Below, in pieces: positions 18,825-29,007 of a stretch of DNA of 64,000 bases (the stretch's first letter is position 1; the number at the start of each line of letters is the position of its first letter). Source of the stretch: Candidatus Anstonellales archaeon. Lineage in GTDB: Archaea; Micrarchaeota; Micrarchaeia; Anstonellales; J096. Under the pieces are notes generated by a model that worked only from the letters and a program-made list of their open reading frames with translations, searched no databases and was not told where the DNA came from. The stretch lies in assembly GCA_038890615.1 (NCBI GenBank), contig JAWAFI010000001.1, forward strand, positions 240,744 to 304,743, in the 5' to 3' direction. The position numbers were made by a program, and so were the translations under genes.

Positions 18825-20024
18825 TTAAACTATATCAACCTTTCCTTCAACTATCATCTTAGTTATAGCCTCTGTATCCTCAACCATGCTTTCTGCAATG
18901 GCCCTTGCTTTCTTTTCAGCGCCCATGTCGCTTAGCTTTATACCTGCAACTAAAGGCTGATTGAGGGGCCTGCCAAGCTGGGAGAGCAGATAGACCTCTG
19001 CTTCGCTCCCTGTCTCTTTTGCTATCCTCTTTGCTATCTCAAAGGCAAGCACAGAATACACTTTCCCAACATGATTCCTTGGGTTCTTTCCTGCTGTTGC
19101 TTCCAGCGTCATGTGCCTGAAAGGAGTTATCAGGCCGTTTGCCCTGTTGCCCCTTCCAACGCTCCCATCATCCCCCATCTCTGCAGAAGTGCCTGTGATT
19201 GTAAGGTAAAGAGAATCAACCTCGCCTTTCCTGTCCCCGCTGTTCAGGGTTATTGAAACAGAATATGGCTTGCGCCTCCTATTCATTACTGCTGATGTTT
19301 TTTTGCTTATCTCTTCAAGCAGCTTCTCCTTCTTTTCAAAATAATCTTCCATGCTTGTTATATGCCTTGCAACAAATGCACAAGCAACTGTTAGCTTTAC
19401 ATCATTGCCCATCCTGAGGCCCATCACCTTTACATCCTCCCCAGCATAAGGATGCTTTCTCTTCACCTCTGGGCTATTGAGATACTTTTCCACTTGGAAA
19501 ACAAGCTCCTCAAGAGTGCTCATTGGGGCATAGCCAACTCCAAAGCTCGTGTCGTTTGCAGAGGGCTTCTTGCCTGCAGTAATCTGGAGGTCTGCAGAGC
19601 CAGGGGAAATCCTTGGCTCTATGGTATAGTAATCCTCATCAAGGTAGCGCATTGCGCTCCCCAAGTATTCCTTGACTGCCTTTATTGCTATTGGGTGCAC
19701 CCCTATGTGCCTTACCCTTCCATTATCCTTTATCTCGTCGCTTGCCCTTCCGCTTAGGTAGATATGGATTGGCTTAAGTAGCCTGTGCGCCTTGAAGCCA
19801 TTCCTATCTATAAATACCTTCCCCCCAGTAATCTGCGCCTTATCCACATTATGGTGGGCTATGTAGCCAAGCTCTTCAAGGTAGATTTTGCTCAGCTCCC
19901 TGCTTATTGCCTCAACTATGTTGTCAGTAAGGGTATCTGGATGCCCCCTCCCTTTTCTCTCAACCATTTCCAGATGGAGCGCATCGCCGCCCTTGTAATC
20001 TATCTTCTCCACTTGTATGTTCAT
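18825..20024 (-). CDS. mat: Archaeal-type S-adenosylmethionine synthetase
   Basis: [52 protein letters not shown]. Confidence 0.95.
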   Translation of the reverse strand: MNIQVEKIDYKGGDALHLEMVERKGRGHPDTLTDNIVEAISRELSKIYLEELGYIAHHNVDKAQITGGKVFIDRNGFKAHRLLKPIHIYLSGRASDEIKDNGRVRHIGVHPIAIKAVKEYLGSAMRYLDEDYYTIEPRISPGSADLQITAGKKPSANDTSFGVGYAPMSTLEELVFQVEKYLNSPEVKRKHPYAGEDVKVMGLRMGNDVKLTVACAFVARHITSMEDYFEKKEKLLEEISKKTSAVMNRRRKPYSVSITLNSGDRKGEVDSLYLTITGTSAEMGDDGSVGRGNRANGLITPFRHMTLEATAGKNPRNHVGKVYSVLAFEIAKRIAKETGSEAEVYLLSQLGRPLNQPLVAGIKLSDMGAEKKARAIAESMVEDTEAITKMIVEGKVDIV

Positions 20025-20117
20025 GGAAATCCCAACTAATCTTCGCAAAATGCTTTATAATAGTATCCATGAGCCTAAAAGTCTGCAGCAATGGTTTAAA
20101 AAGAGGCGTAGCAAATA

Positions 20118-21284
20118 ATGGTGATGCTCTCCTTGGTTGAGCCTTTTGTGATTTTCCTTTCGCTTTACATACTAGTAGTGTTTATCATGCTGCTTTTTGC
20201 GTACGAAAATGAGCTTTTCAGGAGCAACAGAAAAACCAAGTGGAGACCACTCGTAAGCGTAGTAATACCAGCGTACAATGAAGAGAATAACATAAGGAGG
20301 TGCATTGAGTCCCTCCTTAATGCAAATTATCCGCGGAACAAAATAGAGATCATAGTGGTTGACGATGGAAGCAAGGACAGGACTGCTGAGATTGCCTCAT
20401 CCTACAAAGGGGTAATTGTGCTAAAGAAGCCAAACTCTGGGAAGGCAGACAGCTTAAACTACGGGATAAAGCATGCAAAGGGGGAAATAATCGCAACCCT
20501 TGATGCTGATTCCTACATAACAAAAGATGCAATATTGAAAATGCTCCCTCTTTTCTCAAAGGATGCAAAGGCAGTTACTGCTGCTGTGCTTGTTGACAAC
20601 CCTAAAAACTTAATTGAGCAGCTTCAAGAGGTTGAGTACGTTTTCACAATCTTTTCAAGGAAGGTCCTGGAAGCCATAGATGCCATCCATGTAACCCCTG
20701 GCCCATTCAGCATGTTTAGGAGGGAGGTGTTTGAGCAGATTGGGGGCTTTGACAGGAACAATATACTGGAGGACCAGGAAATAGCGATGAGGATGCAGAA
20801 ATACAACCTGAAGATAAGGGCTTCTACTGATGCTGTTGTTTATACCAAAGTTCCTGAGAACATGGAGCAGCTCCTGAAGCAGAGGACAAGGTGGCACCGC
20901 GGAGGGCTCAGGAATTCAATAACCTACCTTGAGCTTGTTTCCCCAAAATACGGGGACCTTGGGGTTTTTGTAATGCCCCTGCAATTTGTTTCAATAGTAA
21001 CGCTTTTCCTTATATTCGTTTTTGTTTTGCACAAGACTTTTTCTCCTGCCCCGCCCATGACTCTTGAGTTCTTGTTGTTCTACACTTTCTCTCCACTTAT
21101 GGTATGCGCTTTAGTGATATTGATGCTTACCTTCCTCTGGGTTTATTACGGCGCCCAAAAGATGGGGGCAAAGCTGAAGCCCCATATGGTATTCACATAC
21201 GTTGTCTCATACGCTTATCTTATCACGCTGTTCTGGGCAAGCGCCTTCCTAAAGGAGATTACTGGCTCAAAGCTGAGCTGGTGA
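20118..21284 (+). CDS. Glycosyltransferase family 2, processive type
   Basis: PAYNEE, VDDGS, DAD, ED and QRTRW motifs; flanking TM helices. Confidence 0.92.
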   Translation: MVMLSLVEPFVIFLSLYILVVFIMLLFAYENELFRSNRKTKWRPLVSVVIPAYNEENNIRRCIESLLNANYPRNKIEIIVVDDGSKDRTAEIASSYKGVIVLKKPNSGKADSLNYGIKHAKGEIIATLDADSYITKDAILKMLPLFSKDAKAVTAAVLVDNPKNLIEQLQEVEYVFTIFSRKVLEAIDAIHVTPGPFSMFRREVFEQIGGFDRNNILEDQEIAMRMQKYNLKIRASTDAVVYTKVPENMEQLLKQRTRWHRGGLRNSITYLELVSPKYGDLGVFVMPLQFVSIVTLFLIFVFVLHKTFSPAPPMTLEFLLFYTFSPLMVCALVILMLTFLWVYYGAQKMGAKLKPHMVFTYVVSYAYLITLFWASAFLKEITGSKLSW

Positions 21285-22205
21285 TCATATTTCCTTTGTC
21301 CACCACTTATACTTCTGGTGGGAGTAGAATATCTCCATGCATTCGTTGCTGCTTATAGAAGGCCTTTTCTCTTCTTCGTTTATGTGCTTTTCAAGCGAAT
21401 CCAACGTAAGCCCCATGGATTCGAGTTTCCCCAATAGCAGTGTAAGCTCCTCAAACTTCTTCTTGAACTGCTCGTAAGGTATGTAGAATTGGATTTTTAT
21501 AGTATGGTCTATTCCTTTGCCTGAAAGGTGGGGGTAGCTCCAGCGAGGGTGCTCCTTTTCCCATTCTGCTATCTCGTTTTCAGCCCTTCTTAATTTATCT
21601 AAAAGCTTGCACCTCTCCATTTCTGAAAGGAAAAACTTTAAATCAGAGATGTAGCCAGATGTGATGAACAAAACACTTTTAGAAGATGCTATGGCAAAGG
21701 CAGCTTTCTCTGGAGTTAGGAAAAGCTTTCTCAGCTCTTCCATGCTGCTGCTTCCCCAGTGGCTTTTTATGTGCTTGTAGAACTGGAGGAATGTCTTAAG
21801 CATGTGGCAAAAGGATGAGCATGCCTGCTCTGCAACATTGTAGGCAACGACATAGTTGTTTGAGTTCAATGCTTCTGGAAGAGCCTTTTTCTGCTCCTCG
21901 CTGAAAGCATAGTGCTTTGTCGGCCTTGCGCTGATGGACATGAACCTAATAACCTCCCACATCCTCTCAAAATCTTCCATAGTGAAGCCTTTTTTCTTGT
22001 GCTTCAAGAATTCCTTCATCTGCTTCAGCTGTTCTGCGCTTTCAGAATCTTTAACTCCATAGTTGGCTATAAGCAGGTCCTTCCTTTTCTTACCTTCATC
22101 TGATATTTTCATCCTGCCTTCTTCATCTATGTAAGCCAAGCCCTTCTTTACAAGCTCTGGCAGGTGCCTATGCTTTTTAAACGGCTTTTTTGTTTTTTCG
22201 TTCAT
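21285..22205 (-). CDS. Hypothetical protein
   Basis: 306-aa ORF with a Lys-rich N-terminus; no motif recognised. Confidence 0.6.
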   Translation of the reverse strand: MNEKTKKPFKKHRHLPELVKKGLAYIDEEGRMKISDEGKKRKDLLIANYGVKDSESAEQLKQMKEFLKHKKKGFTMEDFERMWEVIRFMSISARPTKHYAFSEEQKKALPEALNSNNYVVAYNVAEQACSSFCHMLKTFLQFYKHIKSHWGSSSMEELRKLFLTPEKAAFAIASSKSVLFITSGYISDLKFFLSEMERCKLLDKLRRAENEIAEWEKEHPRWSYPHLSGKGIDHTIKIQFYIPYEQFKKKFEELTLLLGKLESMGLTLDSLEKHINEEEKRPSISSNECMEIFYSHQKYKWWTKEI

Positions 22206-22244
22206 TACTATCTTTGCTTTTTTGTTGTTTAAATGTTTAACCCT

Positions 22245-23747
22245 TTATATCTCTTGCTTTTCCTTTTTTCCCTTGGCTTTATTCAGCAGCTTCTTGAACC
22301 ACCACTTTGGCTCGCTAAGAATATCTTCTTGCTTCTTTCTTTCAAGGGGGCTGATGCAAGGCTGGAGCGCAGTAGCTGCAATATACCCTGCCTCCCCTTC
22401 AAGCCTTCCTTTGCTGAGAAGCCATTCAAGCGTGGCAAAGCTTCTCTCTTCTATTAGCCTCTCTGCAAGCTTCCTCTGGGCTCCAGCAGACAAGGGATTA
22501 AGCCTGCTTTCCTTTATGGCAAACCTCAGGAAAGGGTGGCTCTTCATTTTCTCATCTGGCTCAAGCTCTATCCTTAGCTCAGCTGCCTTCTTCACTGCCA
22601 TAGCCCTTACTTCGCCTAAAAATAGGCTGCTCTTTGCTGCCAAGTATATGTTGCTAAACCTATTCCATTCGGCAGAGAGGCTTATGTATGCCATGCCTGC
22701 CTTCTTCCTTGCGCCATGGGGGAAGCTTTCATTGGTAGCAACTGAGTATAAGTTTGCAAAATCTGCGCTTTTCGCGCATTGCTCTACATAAAGAGAACCT
22801 GCACTCTCCCTAAGTTCTGGCTCAAGACCTTCCAATAACGCTATGCTGAGCAATATTATTTTTTCACTGTTGCCTGCTATTTTTTCAATTGCAAACTTCT
22901 TCAAGCTCGGCGGAATGTCAGTGAGTATGAAGAACGCCTTGAGCTGGCCATAATTATCTTCTGTGATTAGCAGAAGCTTGTTGTGTATAAAAGAAAGCCC
23001 GCATTCTTCAATGCTGCCCTTTGCAAGTTCCCTCAATGCTGGCTTTATAGTACTGTCCATGCTTATGTTTATCAGCATCACAAAATCACCTTCCTCAACA
23101 TAGCTCTTTATCCTATTGTAAACTGCCTTGCCTATCTTTTCCCCTGCTATAGACCTTATCCTTTGAGGAAGGAACTCGTCTGATTCAATCTTCTGTAGCA
23201 GTACATAGTTGTTGCTATTTTCTGAAAGCCCTATTAAATTAAGAACGCACTGCTCAGCAGCCTTGGATAATCTCTTTTTAGCATAACGAGGAATGCCAGA
23301 TGTGCCTATTAGATTGTATAATGAATTATAATCGCCTTCTTTGGAGTAAAGCTCAGCAAGCGCATTTGCCGCCTCTAACTTGGCTTGCTTTGGCAACTTC
23401 TTTGTTAAGCACATGTTGGTAAGCAAGCCAGTCTGCTTTTTTCCAATGTACATGTTAACTAATAAAGAGAGAGCTAGCTTTTCAATAGGAGGGTCAAGCC
23501 CCAATTCTACAACAGCAATATGAGGGTAGGTTAGGTTAGCACTCACTATCTTGCTTAAAACAAAAGCAAGCTCCGCCACCTCTTTAGGAAGTTTTGGGTT
23601 TTTTGATGCCTGTCTAAGTTCTTTGTAATCCAAGCGGGAAAGGAGTGCATTGACATACTCAATCCCTGCTGCCACCCTCTCCTCGTTGCTTAAGCTTTCA
23701 TCTGATGCTTTATGAAGGAGCAGAGATTCTGGTTGGTGCTCTTGCAT
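22245..23747 (-). CDS. Hypothetical alpha-solenoid repeat protein
   Basis: Recurring units such as LxxExRxxAGxxYV / F..L..ia.d..l. Confidence 0.6.
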   Translation of the reverse strand: MQEHQPESLLLHKASDESLSNEERVAAGIEYVNALLSRLDYKELRQASKNPKLPKEVAELAFVLSKIVSANLTYPHIAVVELGLDPPIEKLALSLLVNMYIGKKQTGLLTNMCLTKKLPKQAKLEAANALAELYSKEGDYNSLYNLIGTSGIPRYAKKRLSKAAEQCVLNLIGLSENSNNYVLLQKIESDEFLPQRIRSIAGEKIGKAVYNRIKSYVEEGDFVMLINISMDSTIKPALRELAKGSIEECGLSFIHNKLLLITEDNYGQLKAFFILTDIPPSLKKFAIEKIAGNSEKIILLSIALLEGLEPELRESAGSLYVEQCAKSADFANLYSVATNESFPHGARKKAGMAYISLSAEWNRFSNIYLAAKSSLFLGEVRAMAVKKAAELRIELEPDEKMKSHPFLRFAIKESRLNPLSAGAQRKLAERLIEERSFATLEWLLSKGRLEGEAGYIAATALQPCISPLERKKQEDILSEPKWWFKKLLNKAKGKKEKQEI

Positions 23748-23748
23748 T

Positions 23749-24009
23749 TTACCTGAATGAGATTATCTGGTAGCCGTATTTGTCTATGTCCTCCTGTGCC
23801 CAGAACTTCATATCCTTTGTCCTTGCCACATGAGTGACTTTCTTTGCTATACTCCTCCCTGTGTACTTCTTTGACTTGGGATCCCATTCTTTAAGCACTA
23901 GGATATCGCCTGGCTTGCACTCAAAGTCAGCTAGCCTTACTTCACATGTCTTTTCCCCGCTCACAACCTTCTCAAAGAATTGCGGCCATATCTTCTTTTC
24001 GATTTTCAT
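23749..24009 (-). CDS. DUF3850 / ASCH-like domain protein
   Basis: KKIWPQFFEKVVSGEKTCEVR...GDILVLKEWD...YTGR. Confidence 0.85.
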   Translation of the reverse strand: MKIEKKIWPQFFEKVVSGEKTCEVRLADFECKPGDILVLKEWDPKSKKYTGRSIAKKVTHVARTKDMKFWAQEDIDKYGYQIISFR

Positions 24010-24059
24010 AAGCGAATAAGCGCATAGGGATTTAAAATGCTTGCAACATAAGGATTAGC

Positions 24060-24115
24060 GCCAATGATGAGATAAACAACTTCTGACATGTGATGAAGCT
24101 GACAGCGCCTGAGGC
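24060..24115 (+). ncRNA. Box C/D 2'-O-methylation guide sRNA
   Basis: C box ATGATGA 24064-70, 12-nt guide, D' CTGA 24083-86, C' GTGATGA 24090-96, 12-nt guide, D CTGA 24109-12; GCC/GGC terminal stem; TTTAAAA about 25 nt upstream; intergenic. Confidence 0.88.
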
Positions 24116-24182
24116 AAGCGTGCTTGAAGGCAAGGAAATTCTTTTAAGCATTACCTGCCTCTCAAATTTAGGGGGTGATAAC

Positions 24183-24584
24183 ATGATTGACCCATTTGAA
24201 GAATTAAAGAGAATGGAAATGGAGATGCAACGGATGCGCAGAAGATTCCGAGGCATAAACTTTGGCATGCACACAAACGCTGACCTCATAGACAACAAGG
24301 ACAGCTATACTGTCGTGTTTGAGCTCCCGGGATTTGAAAAAAGCGAGATAGAAGTTAACGTCAGCGAAGGGTCTATTTCAGTGAAGGCAGAAAAAAAAGA
24401 GCAGAGGGGCGAGCAGAAGAAGAACTATGTGTACAGGGAGCGCTCTGCCTCAAGCATGTTCAGGACTATTGCCTTCCCTGAGCCGGTTGACCCGAACAGC
24501 GCTGTTGCAACCTACAAGAATGGAATACTCAACGTAGATATCAAGAAGGCAATAGCAAAGAAAAGGAAAGTTGAGATTAAATAA
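24183..24584 (+). CDS. Small heat-shock protein (Hsp20)
   Basis: MIDPFEEL, ELPG, alpha-crystallin ATYKNGIL, C-terminal VEI; GGGGTGAT RBS before ATG 24183. Confidence 0.93.
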   Translation: MIDPFEELKRMEMEMQRMRRRFRGINFGMHTNADLIDNKDSYTVVFELPGFEKSEIEVNVSEGSISVKAEKKEQRGEQKKNYVYRERSASSMFRTIAFPEPVDPNSAVATYKNGILNVDIKKAIAKKRKVEIK

Positions 24585-24615
24585 CCTTTTTAACCTGTTC
24601 CTTCCTTTTTAGCCC

Positions 24616-25236
24616 ATGGAAAGAAAGCTCCACTGGCAGATTTACATTGCAGCGCTCATTGTTACTATAGCGATATTCGGGTTTGGCACTTATGTTGGCT
24701 CTTTCATGGCACAGCAGGCGGCAAGTGTGGCAGAAAGGCAGCTGATTGAAGCAAGGCAAGATCTTATGGAAATAGAGCTCATGCTTTTCCTTGACAGCTC
24801 ATACGCTTACTGCCCTTACTACATTGAGCAGTTTGAATCAATCGGCTCAAAAAGGGAGATGCTGGGCAACCAGATAGAGAGCTTGGAAAAAAGGGGGGAA
24901 GACCCAGGAAGCCTTAAAGAGGAGTATTTCTTATTTGAGGCGTTCAACTTTGCAATAGGGCAAAGGATTGCGGGCATGTGCCAGCACGAAGTAAAGCAGG
25001 CGCTCTACTTTTACCCAAAAAGCTGCCAGGAATGCAAAAGCATAGCAGAAGCCCTGGGCAGGCTCAGGGAAAGCAAAGGCTACTATGTTTATTCCTTTGA
25101 TGGGGATTCAAAGTTATCGCTTGTAATGTCTATGAAGAAGCAGTATGGGATAGTAAGCCTTCCTGCTGTTGTATGCAATGGAAGGACAATGCAAGGGGCT
25201 GCGCTCAATGCAGAATCTATTGCAGAGGGCTGCTGA
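24616..25236 (+). CDS. Membrane-anchored protein with a thioredoxin-like C-terminal domain
   Basis: N-terminal TM helix; YFYPKSCQEC and YGIVSLPAVV. Confidence 0.6.
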   Translation: MERKLHWQIYIAALIVTIAIFGFGTYVGSFMAQQAASVAERQLIEARQDLMEIELMLFLDSSYAYCPYYIEQFESIGSKREMLGNQIESLEKRGEDPGSLKEEYFLFEAFNFAIGQRIAGMCQHEVKQALYFYPKSCQECKSIAEALGRLRESKGYYVYSFDGDSKLSLVMSMKKQYGIVSLPAVVCNGRTMQGAALNAESIAEGC

Positions 25237-25741
25237 GCACAAGCAAGACATAGGGGTAATCGCTGCATCGCTGCTTATAGCATTGGGGGCTTATTTTCTC
25301 CCTGCATACTTTTCAGAAACTACTTCGCTTGGCGCTCTCTCACTCTTTGTACTTGGATTCTTAAGTACTGCCACCGTTTTTCTCCCTTCAGTAGCATGGG
25401 TCTCATTCTACTTCATAGCATTGCCCTTTCCAATTTGGCAAGCAGCGCTCTTAGGAGGCGCAGGGGCAGCAATAGGGGAGCTAACCTCCTTCTTTGCTGG
25501 ATATGGGCTTAGGGGAATGACAAAAGATATGCAGCCACACTATGAGAATGTGAAAAGACATGGATGGATCTTCATACTGCTAGCTTCAATAGTGCCTAAT
25601 CCTTTTTTTGATTTTATAGGGCTTGCTGCAGGCTACTTAAGGATGAACCCTTTTGTATTCCTTTTTTCCTGCTTTGCTGGGAAAAGCATAAAGTTTGCCT
25701 TGCTTATGGCAGGAGGGGAGTCTCTTACTCACATGTTCTAG
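25208..25741 (+). CDS. DedA/VTT family membrane protein
   Basis: GAAIGELTSFFAG, PNPFFDFIGLAAG, GKSIKF. Confidence 0.85.
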   Translation: MQNLLQRAAEHKQDIGVIAASLLIALGAYFLPAYFSETTSLGALSLFVLGFLSTATVFLPSVAWVSFYFIALPFPIWQAALLGGAGAAIGELTSFFAGYGLRGMTKDMQPHYENVKRHGWIFILLASIVPNPFFDFIGLAAGYLRMNPFVFLFSCFAGKSIKFALLMAGGESLTHMF

Positions 25742-26188
25742 CCCTGCTTCCTTAAGCACTGTTTTTTCAGCTTTGAGGACTGCCTCCTTGCTGTACATCT
25801 CTGGGTTCTTTAGCACCTCCTCAATGGGCCCTTTTTTCATAAACCCTTCCCCCCTTCCCAAAGAGAATGTCTTCCCCATCCTTGCATACTCAGCTGCCTC
25901 TATGACAGCCTTCCTGAATCCTTCCCCAACAACCTTAGCCTTCCCTTTCTTGAGAAGGTCCTTAACGCTATCTATTTTCCATAAGTAATTCATAACCGCC
26001 TCAAACTCTTTTTTTGAAAGCTTCCCTTCTATGAAGCTGTTTGAGACCTTTCTCCTTGTTTGGTAAGGGGTCCCTAAATAGGCTTTGGCTAGTTCTTGGC
26101 CGAGGAGCCTTGAAGCCTTTCTAATGGCTTTCCTCTCTATATGGCTTCTAAGCCCCACCCATAGGCTTGCATTGTTGAGCCCTTCCAT
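25637..26188 (-). CDS. Hypothetical protein
   Basis: K/E-rich ORF; its 3' end overlaps the convergent DedA gene by ~105 nt. Confidence 0.5.
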   Translation of the reverse strand: MEGLNNASLWVGLRSHIERKAIRKASRLLGQELAKAYLGTPYQTRRKVSNSFIEGKLSKKEFEAVMNYLWKIDSVKDLLKKGKAKVVGEGFRKAVIEAAEYARMGKTFSLGRGEGFMKKGPIEEVLKNPEMYSKEAVLKAEKTVLKEAGLEHVSKRLPSCHKQGKLYAFPSKAGKKEYKRVHP

Positions 26189-26266
26189 GCTACCCCCATT
26201 CTTATTAGGAAGGGCTTGTATTTAAGCCTTTCTTTTTCTACCCTTAAGCAATATGCTTGAAGAGCT

Positions 26267-26755
26267 TTATCTTATGCTGATGTCTTCAAGCAGGTCCTCA
26301 AGGTCCTGCTCGTGCTTCACCTCATCCTCAAGTATTTTCCTAACTAAGTTAAAAGATATGTAATCCTTGGTAGCGCGAAGCTTCTCGAGCATTGAGGCAT
26401 AAACCTCTATTGCGCATTGCTCTCCTTTTATGTTCTGCTGGAGCACTTCCTTAACATGAGGGTTCTTTGGGGCATCATATCCGCAGTTGCTCATCTTTGC
26501 AAACTCAGTGGGGTTCAGGATAGGATTCCCTCCTAGCTGGATTATGCGCTCAGCAAGCATTTCTGCGTGCTTAAGTTCCTCTGCTGCGTGCTCCTTTAGC
26601 TCTTCTTGGACATTCGGTCTCATGGGACCTTTGACCACCATTGCACCCACCCAGTACTGGTAATATGCTAGCCACTCATCAGCAAGTGCCCTATTCAAAA
26701 GCTCAGTTATCACTTTTGCCTCTTTCCCAACTATCTGCTTCCCTTTTGTGCCCAT
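26267..26755 (-). CDS. Ferritin-like DPSL / bacterioferritin-like protein
   Basis: ALADEWLAYYQYW, EELKHA, GEQCAI, EDEVKHE di-iron motifs. Confidence 0.92.
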   Translation of the reverse strand: MGTKGKQIVGKEAKVITELLNRALADEWLAYYQYWVGAMVVKGPMRPNVQEELKEHAAEELKHAEMLAERIIQLGGNPILNPTEFAKMSNCGYDAPKNPHVKEVLQQNIKGEQCAIEVYASMLEKLRATKDYISFNLVRKILEDEVKHEQDLEDLLEDISIR

Positions 26756-26835
26756 AAAATCACCTTTTCATTGGGTATTTTTGAAGTGTATTGTTTATAA
26801 TCCTTTTGTAAGCTGATGTTGCAGCATATTAATAA

Positions 26836-28104
26836 TTATGAAAATACTTTCATAATTATTGCTGCCAAAAGAGCAAATGGTATCACGAATTTGACAAGGA
26901 AGATGTATGGCCTTAGCAACACTGCTGGCATAACCCTTGCTGACTCCCTTTCAAATCCATCCCAACACCATCCAAGCACAAGCACCATTAGCACAGCCAC
27001 GAGCGGATATGCCCAGACAACAAAAACCCCATCCAACAAATCAAGCACAGGCATGCCCATAAAGGAGAGATTGATTGGGGAATAGCTTAGCATGGAGGGG
27101 ATGGAAAGGAGAAAGGTAAGGCTTATAGTTGCAAGCGCTGCCTTATCCCTCCCAATGCTTGGAGAAAGGTCAGCAACAAGAAGCTCTGCCATGCTTATTA
27201 TAGAGGTAAGCGCAACAGAGAACAGAAGGATGAAGAATAAGGGCATCAAGATGTTGCCAAAAGGCATTTGGAGGAATGCAATGGGCAAGGTATCAAAGGC
27301 AAGCGCAGGCCCGCTTTCAGGGTTTAGCCCATATGTGAAAACTATAGGGAATATTGCAATCCCAGCAATAAGCGCTATTGCAGTGTCTGAAAATGATGCT
27401 ATTGCAGCAGATGAAGCTATCCTCTCCCCTTTCTGCAAGTGAGAGGCATATGTGAGCATTACGCCGGTGCCAACCCCAAGCGAGAAAAGAGCCTGTGTTA
27501 TTGCTGCAGCTATTGCCTCAGCCGTTATTCCTTTGAATGTTGTGTAGAACTTAATAGCCTCCCAGAGCCCAGGCAGTGTCAATGAGTGCGAAAGCATCAG
27601 GAAAAGTATTCCAAGGAATATTGGCATGAGAATCTTGTTTGCCTTCTCTATGCCATCTTTGAGAGTGTTCCTCATGATCATAAGGGTTATAAGCAGAGTT
27701 ATAGGCGTGAAAACAAGGAATATGGGCTCCTGCAAATGTTCGCCAAGCGGGGCATAAGCACCTATTAGTGATAAATAAACATAGCCAAGCGTCCATCCGG
27801 CCACAACCACATAATATGAAAGGATAATCATATTCAGCGCTATGAAAATTGAGGAAAGCCTGCCGAGCCCTCTTCCAATACTGCTGAATGATCCTGTGAT
27901 GGGTGCTGAAAAATGCCTGCCAGCGATGAACTCAAGGAGCATTATAGGCAGTCCTAAAACTACAATAGAAATTATGTAAACAACTATGAAAGAGCTCCCA
28001 TATTGACCTGCCATATAAGGGAAGCGCCATATATTTCCAAGCCCTACTGCAGAGCCTATTACAGCAATTATGAACATTAGGTTTGATGACCACTGCTCTT
28101 TCAT
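26836..28104 (-). CDS. Sodium-dependent transporter, neurotransmitter:sodium symporter family
   Basis: GSAVGLGNIWRFPY signature; 11-12 TM helices. Confidence 0.95.
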   Translation of the reverse strand: MKEQWSSNLMFIIAVIGSAVGLGNIWRFPYMAGQYGSSFIVVYIISIVVLGLPIMLLEFIAGRHFSAPITGSFSSIGRGLGRLSSIFIALNMIILSYYVVVAGWTLGYVYLSLIGAYAPLGEHLQEPIFLVFTPITLLITLMIMRNTLKDGIEKANKILMPIFLGILFLMLSHSLTLPGLWEAIKFYTTFKGITAEAIAAAITQALFSLGVGTGVMLTYASHLQKGERIASSAAIASFSDTAIALIAGIAIFPIVFTYGLNPESGPALAFDTLPIAFLQMPFGNILMPLFFILLFSVALTSIISMAELLVADLSPSIGRDKAALATISLTFLLSIPSMLSYSPINLSFMGMPVLDLLDGVFVVWAYPLVAVLMVLVLGWCWDGFERESARVMPAVLLRPYIFLVKFVIPFALLAAIIMKVFS

Positions 28105-28241
28105 GGTAGGGCTAGCCCATTAAGGAATTTAATAGTTAGCATGAGCCTTTAGATTACTGGGATAAAAACGTGTATATTACAACAAGCGAAATGTACTTTT
28201 TAGCCAGGTATAGGGCATTAGGCAGATGATTAAGAACCAAA

Positions 28242-28946
28242 TCAAGGCTGCCTTTGGATAGGCTCAGCAGGTGTGGTTTCATCCTGCTGCTTTGCCTCTT
28301 CTTCCTTCTGGATGGATACTGATTTGAAGGAAACGGTTATCTGTGATAGCCTTTTCAGTGGCTTTACTTCTTTTGCCTTCACTGCAATAAGCCTCTCCAA
28401 AAACTCAACGCCAAAAACAGCAGGGAGCCAAGTCATTATTTCCATAACCGTGCGCAAAACCCTGCTTAGGAAGGCAGTGGCCTCTGGAATGAAGGATGCC
28501 ACTGCGCTTTCAGCAACAATCATAATGGCGCTGATGCCGAACAAGTATTTGCTTGTGCGCAAGTAAAGCTTTGCTTCCTTTTTTGCATTCTCCAAAGCAT
28601 CGCTAAACATTAAAGGAATCCTTTTCTTTAGTATCTTCTCGATTGAGTCAACCCTTTTCTCCTCAGGAAGCCTGAATATCAGATGTATGGGCACAGCGAT
28701 AGGTATGTTAGAAGCTTTGTCCCTTATCTCATGGGCAAGGTCCTTTGATATCATCCTTTCCTCTGGCAGCCCTGCGTCAAAATCTGAAAATAAGTCGTTG
28801 TAGCTGTCAAGGTCGAATATTATGTTCCTTGGCTTCTGCGGCTTCTCCTCTTCCTTGCTGAAAAACTTTTTGAATGCCTGCTTTATGCTTGCAGGGGTTT
28901 TTTTGGTAGGGAGCTGCTCCTTTGCCTCTTTCTTTGCCTCTTTCAT
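28242..28946 (-). CDS. Hypothetical membrane protein
   Basis: LDSYNDLFSDFD...ER motif then two TM helices; Lys-rich N-terminus. Confidence 0.6.
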   Translation of the reverse strand: MKEAKKEAKEQLPTKKTPASIKQAFKKFFSKEEEKPQKPRNIIFDLDSYNDLFSDFDAGLPEERMISKDLAHEIRDKASNIPIAVPIHLIFRLPEEKRVDSIEKILKKRIPLMFSDALENAKKEAKLYLRTSKYLFGISAIMIVAESAVASFIPEATAFLSRVLRTVMEIMTWLPAVFGVEFLERLIAVKAKEVKPLKRLSQITVSFKSVSIQKEEEAKQQDETTPAEPIQRQP

Positions 28947-29007
28947 AATTATATAAAAATGTGGGGAAAAGGTTAAATCCATTGCGGAAGGTTAGGGAGG
29001 TTAAGTT

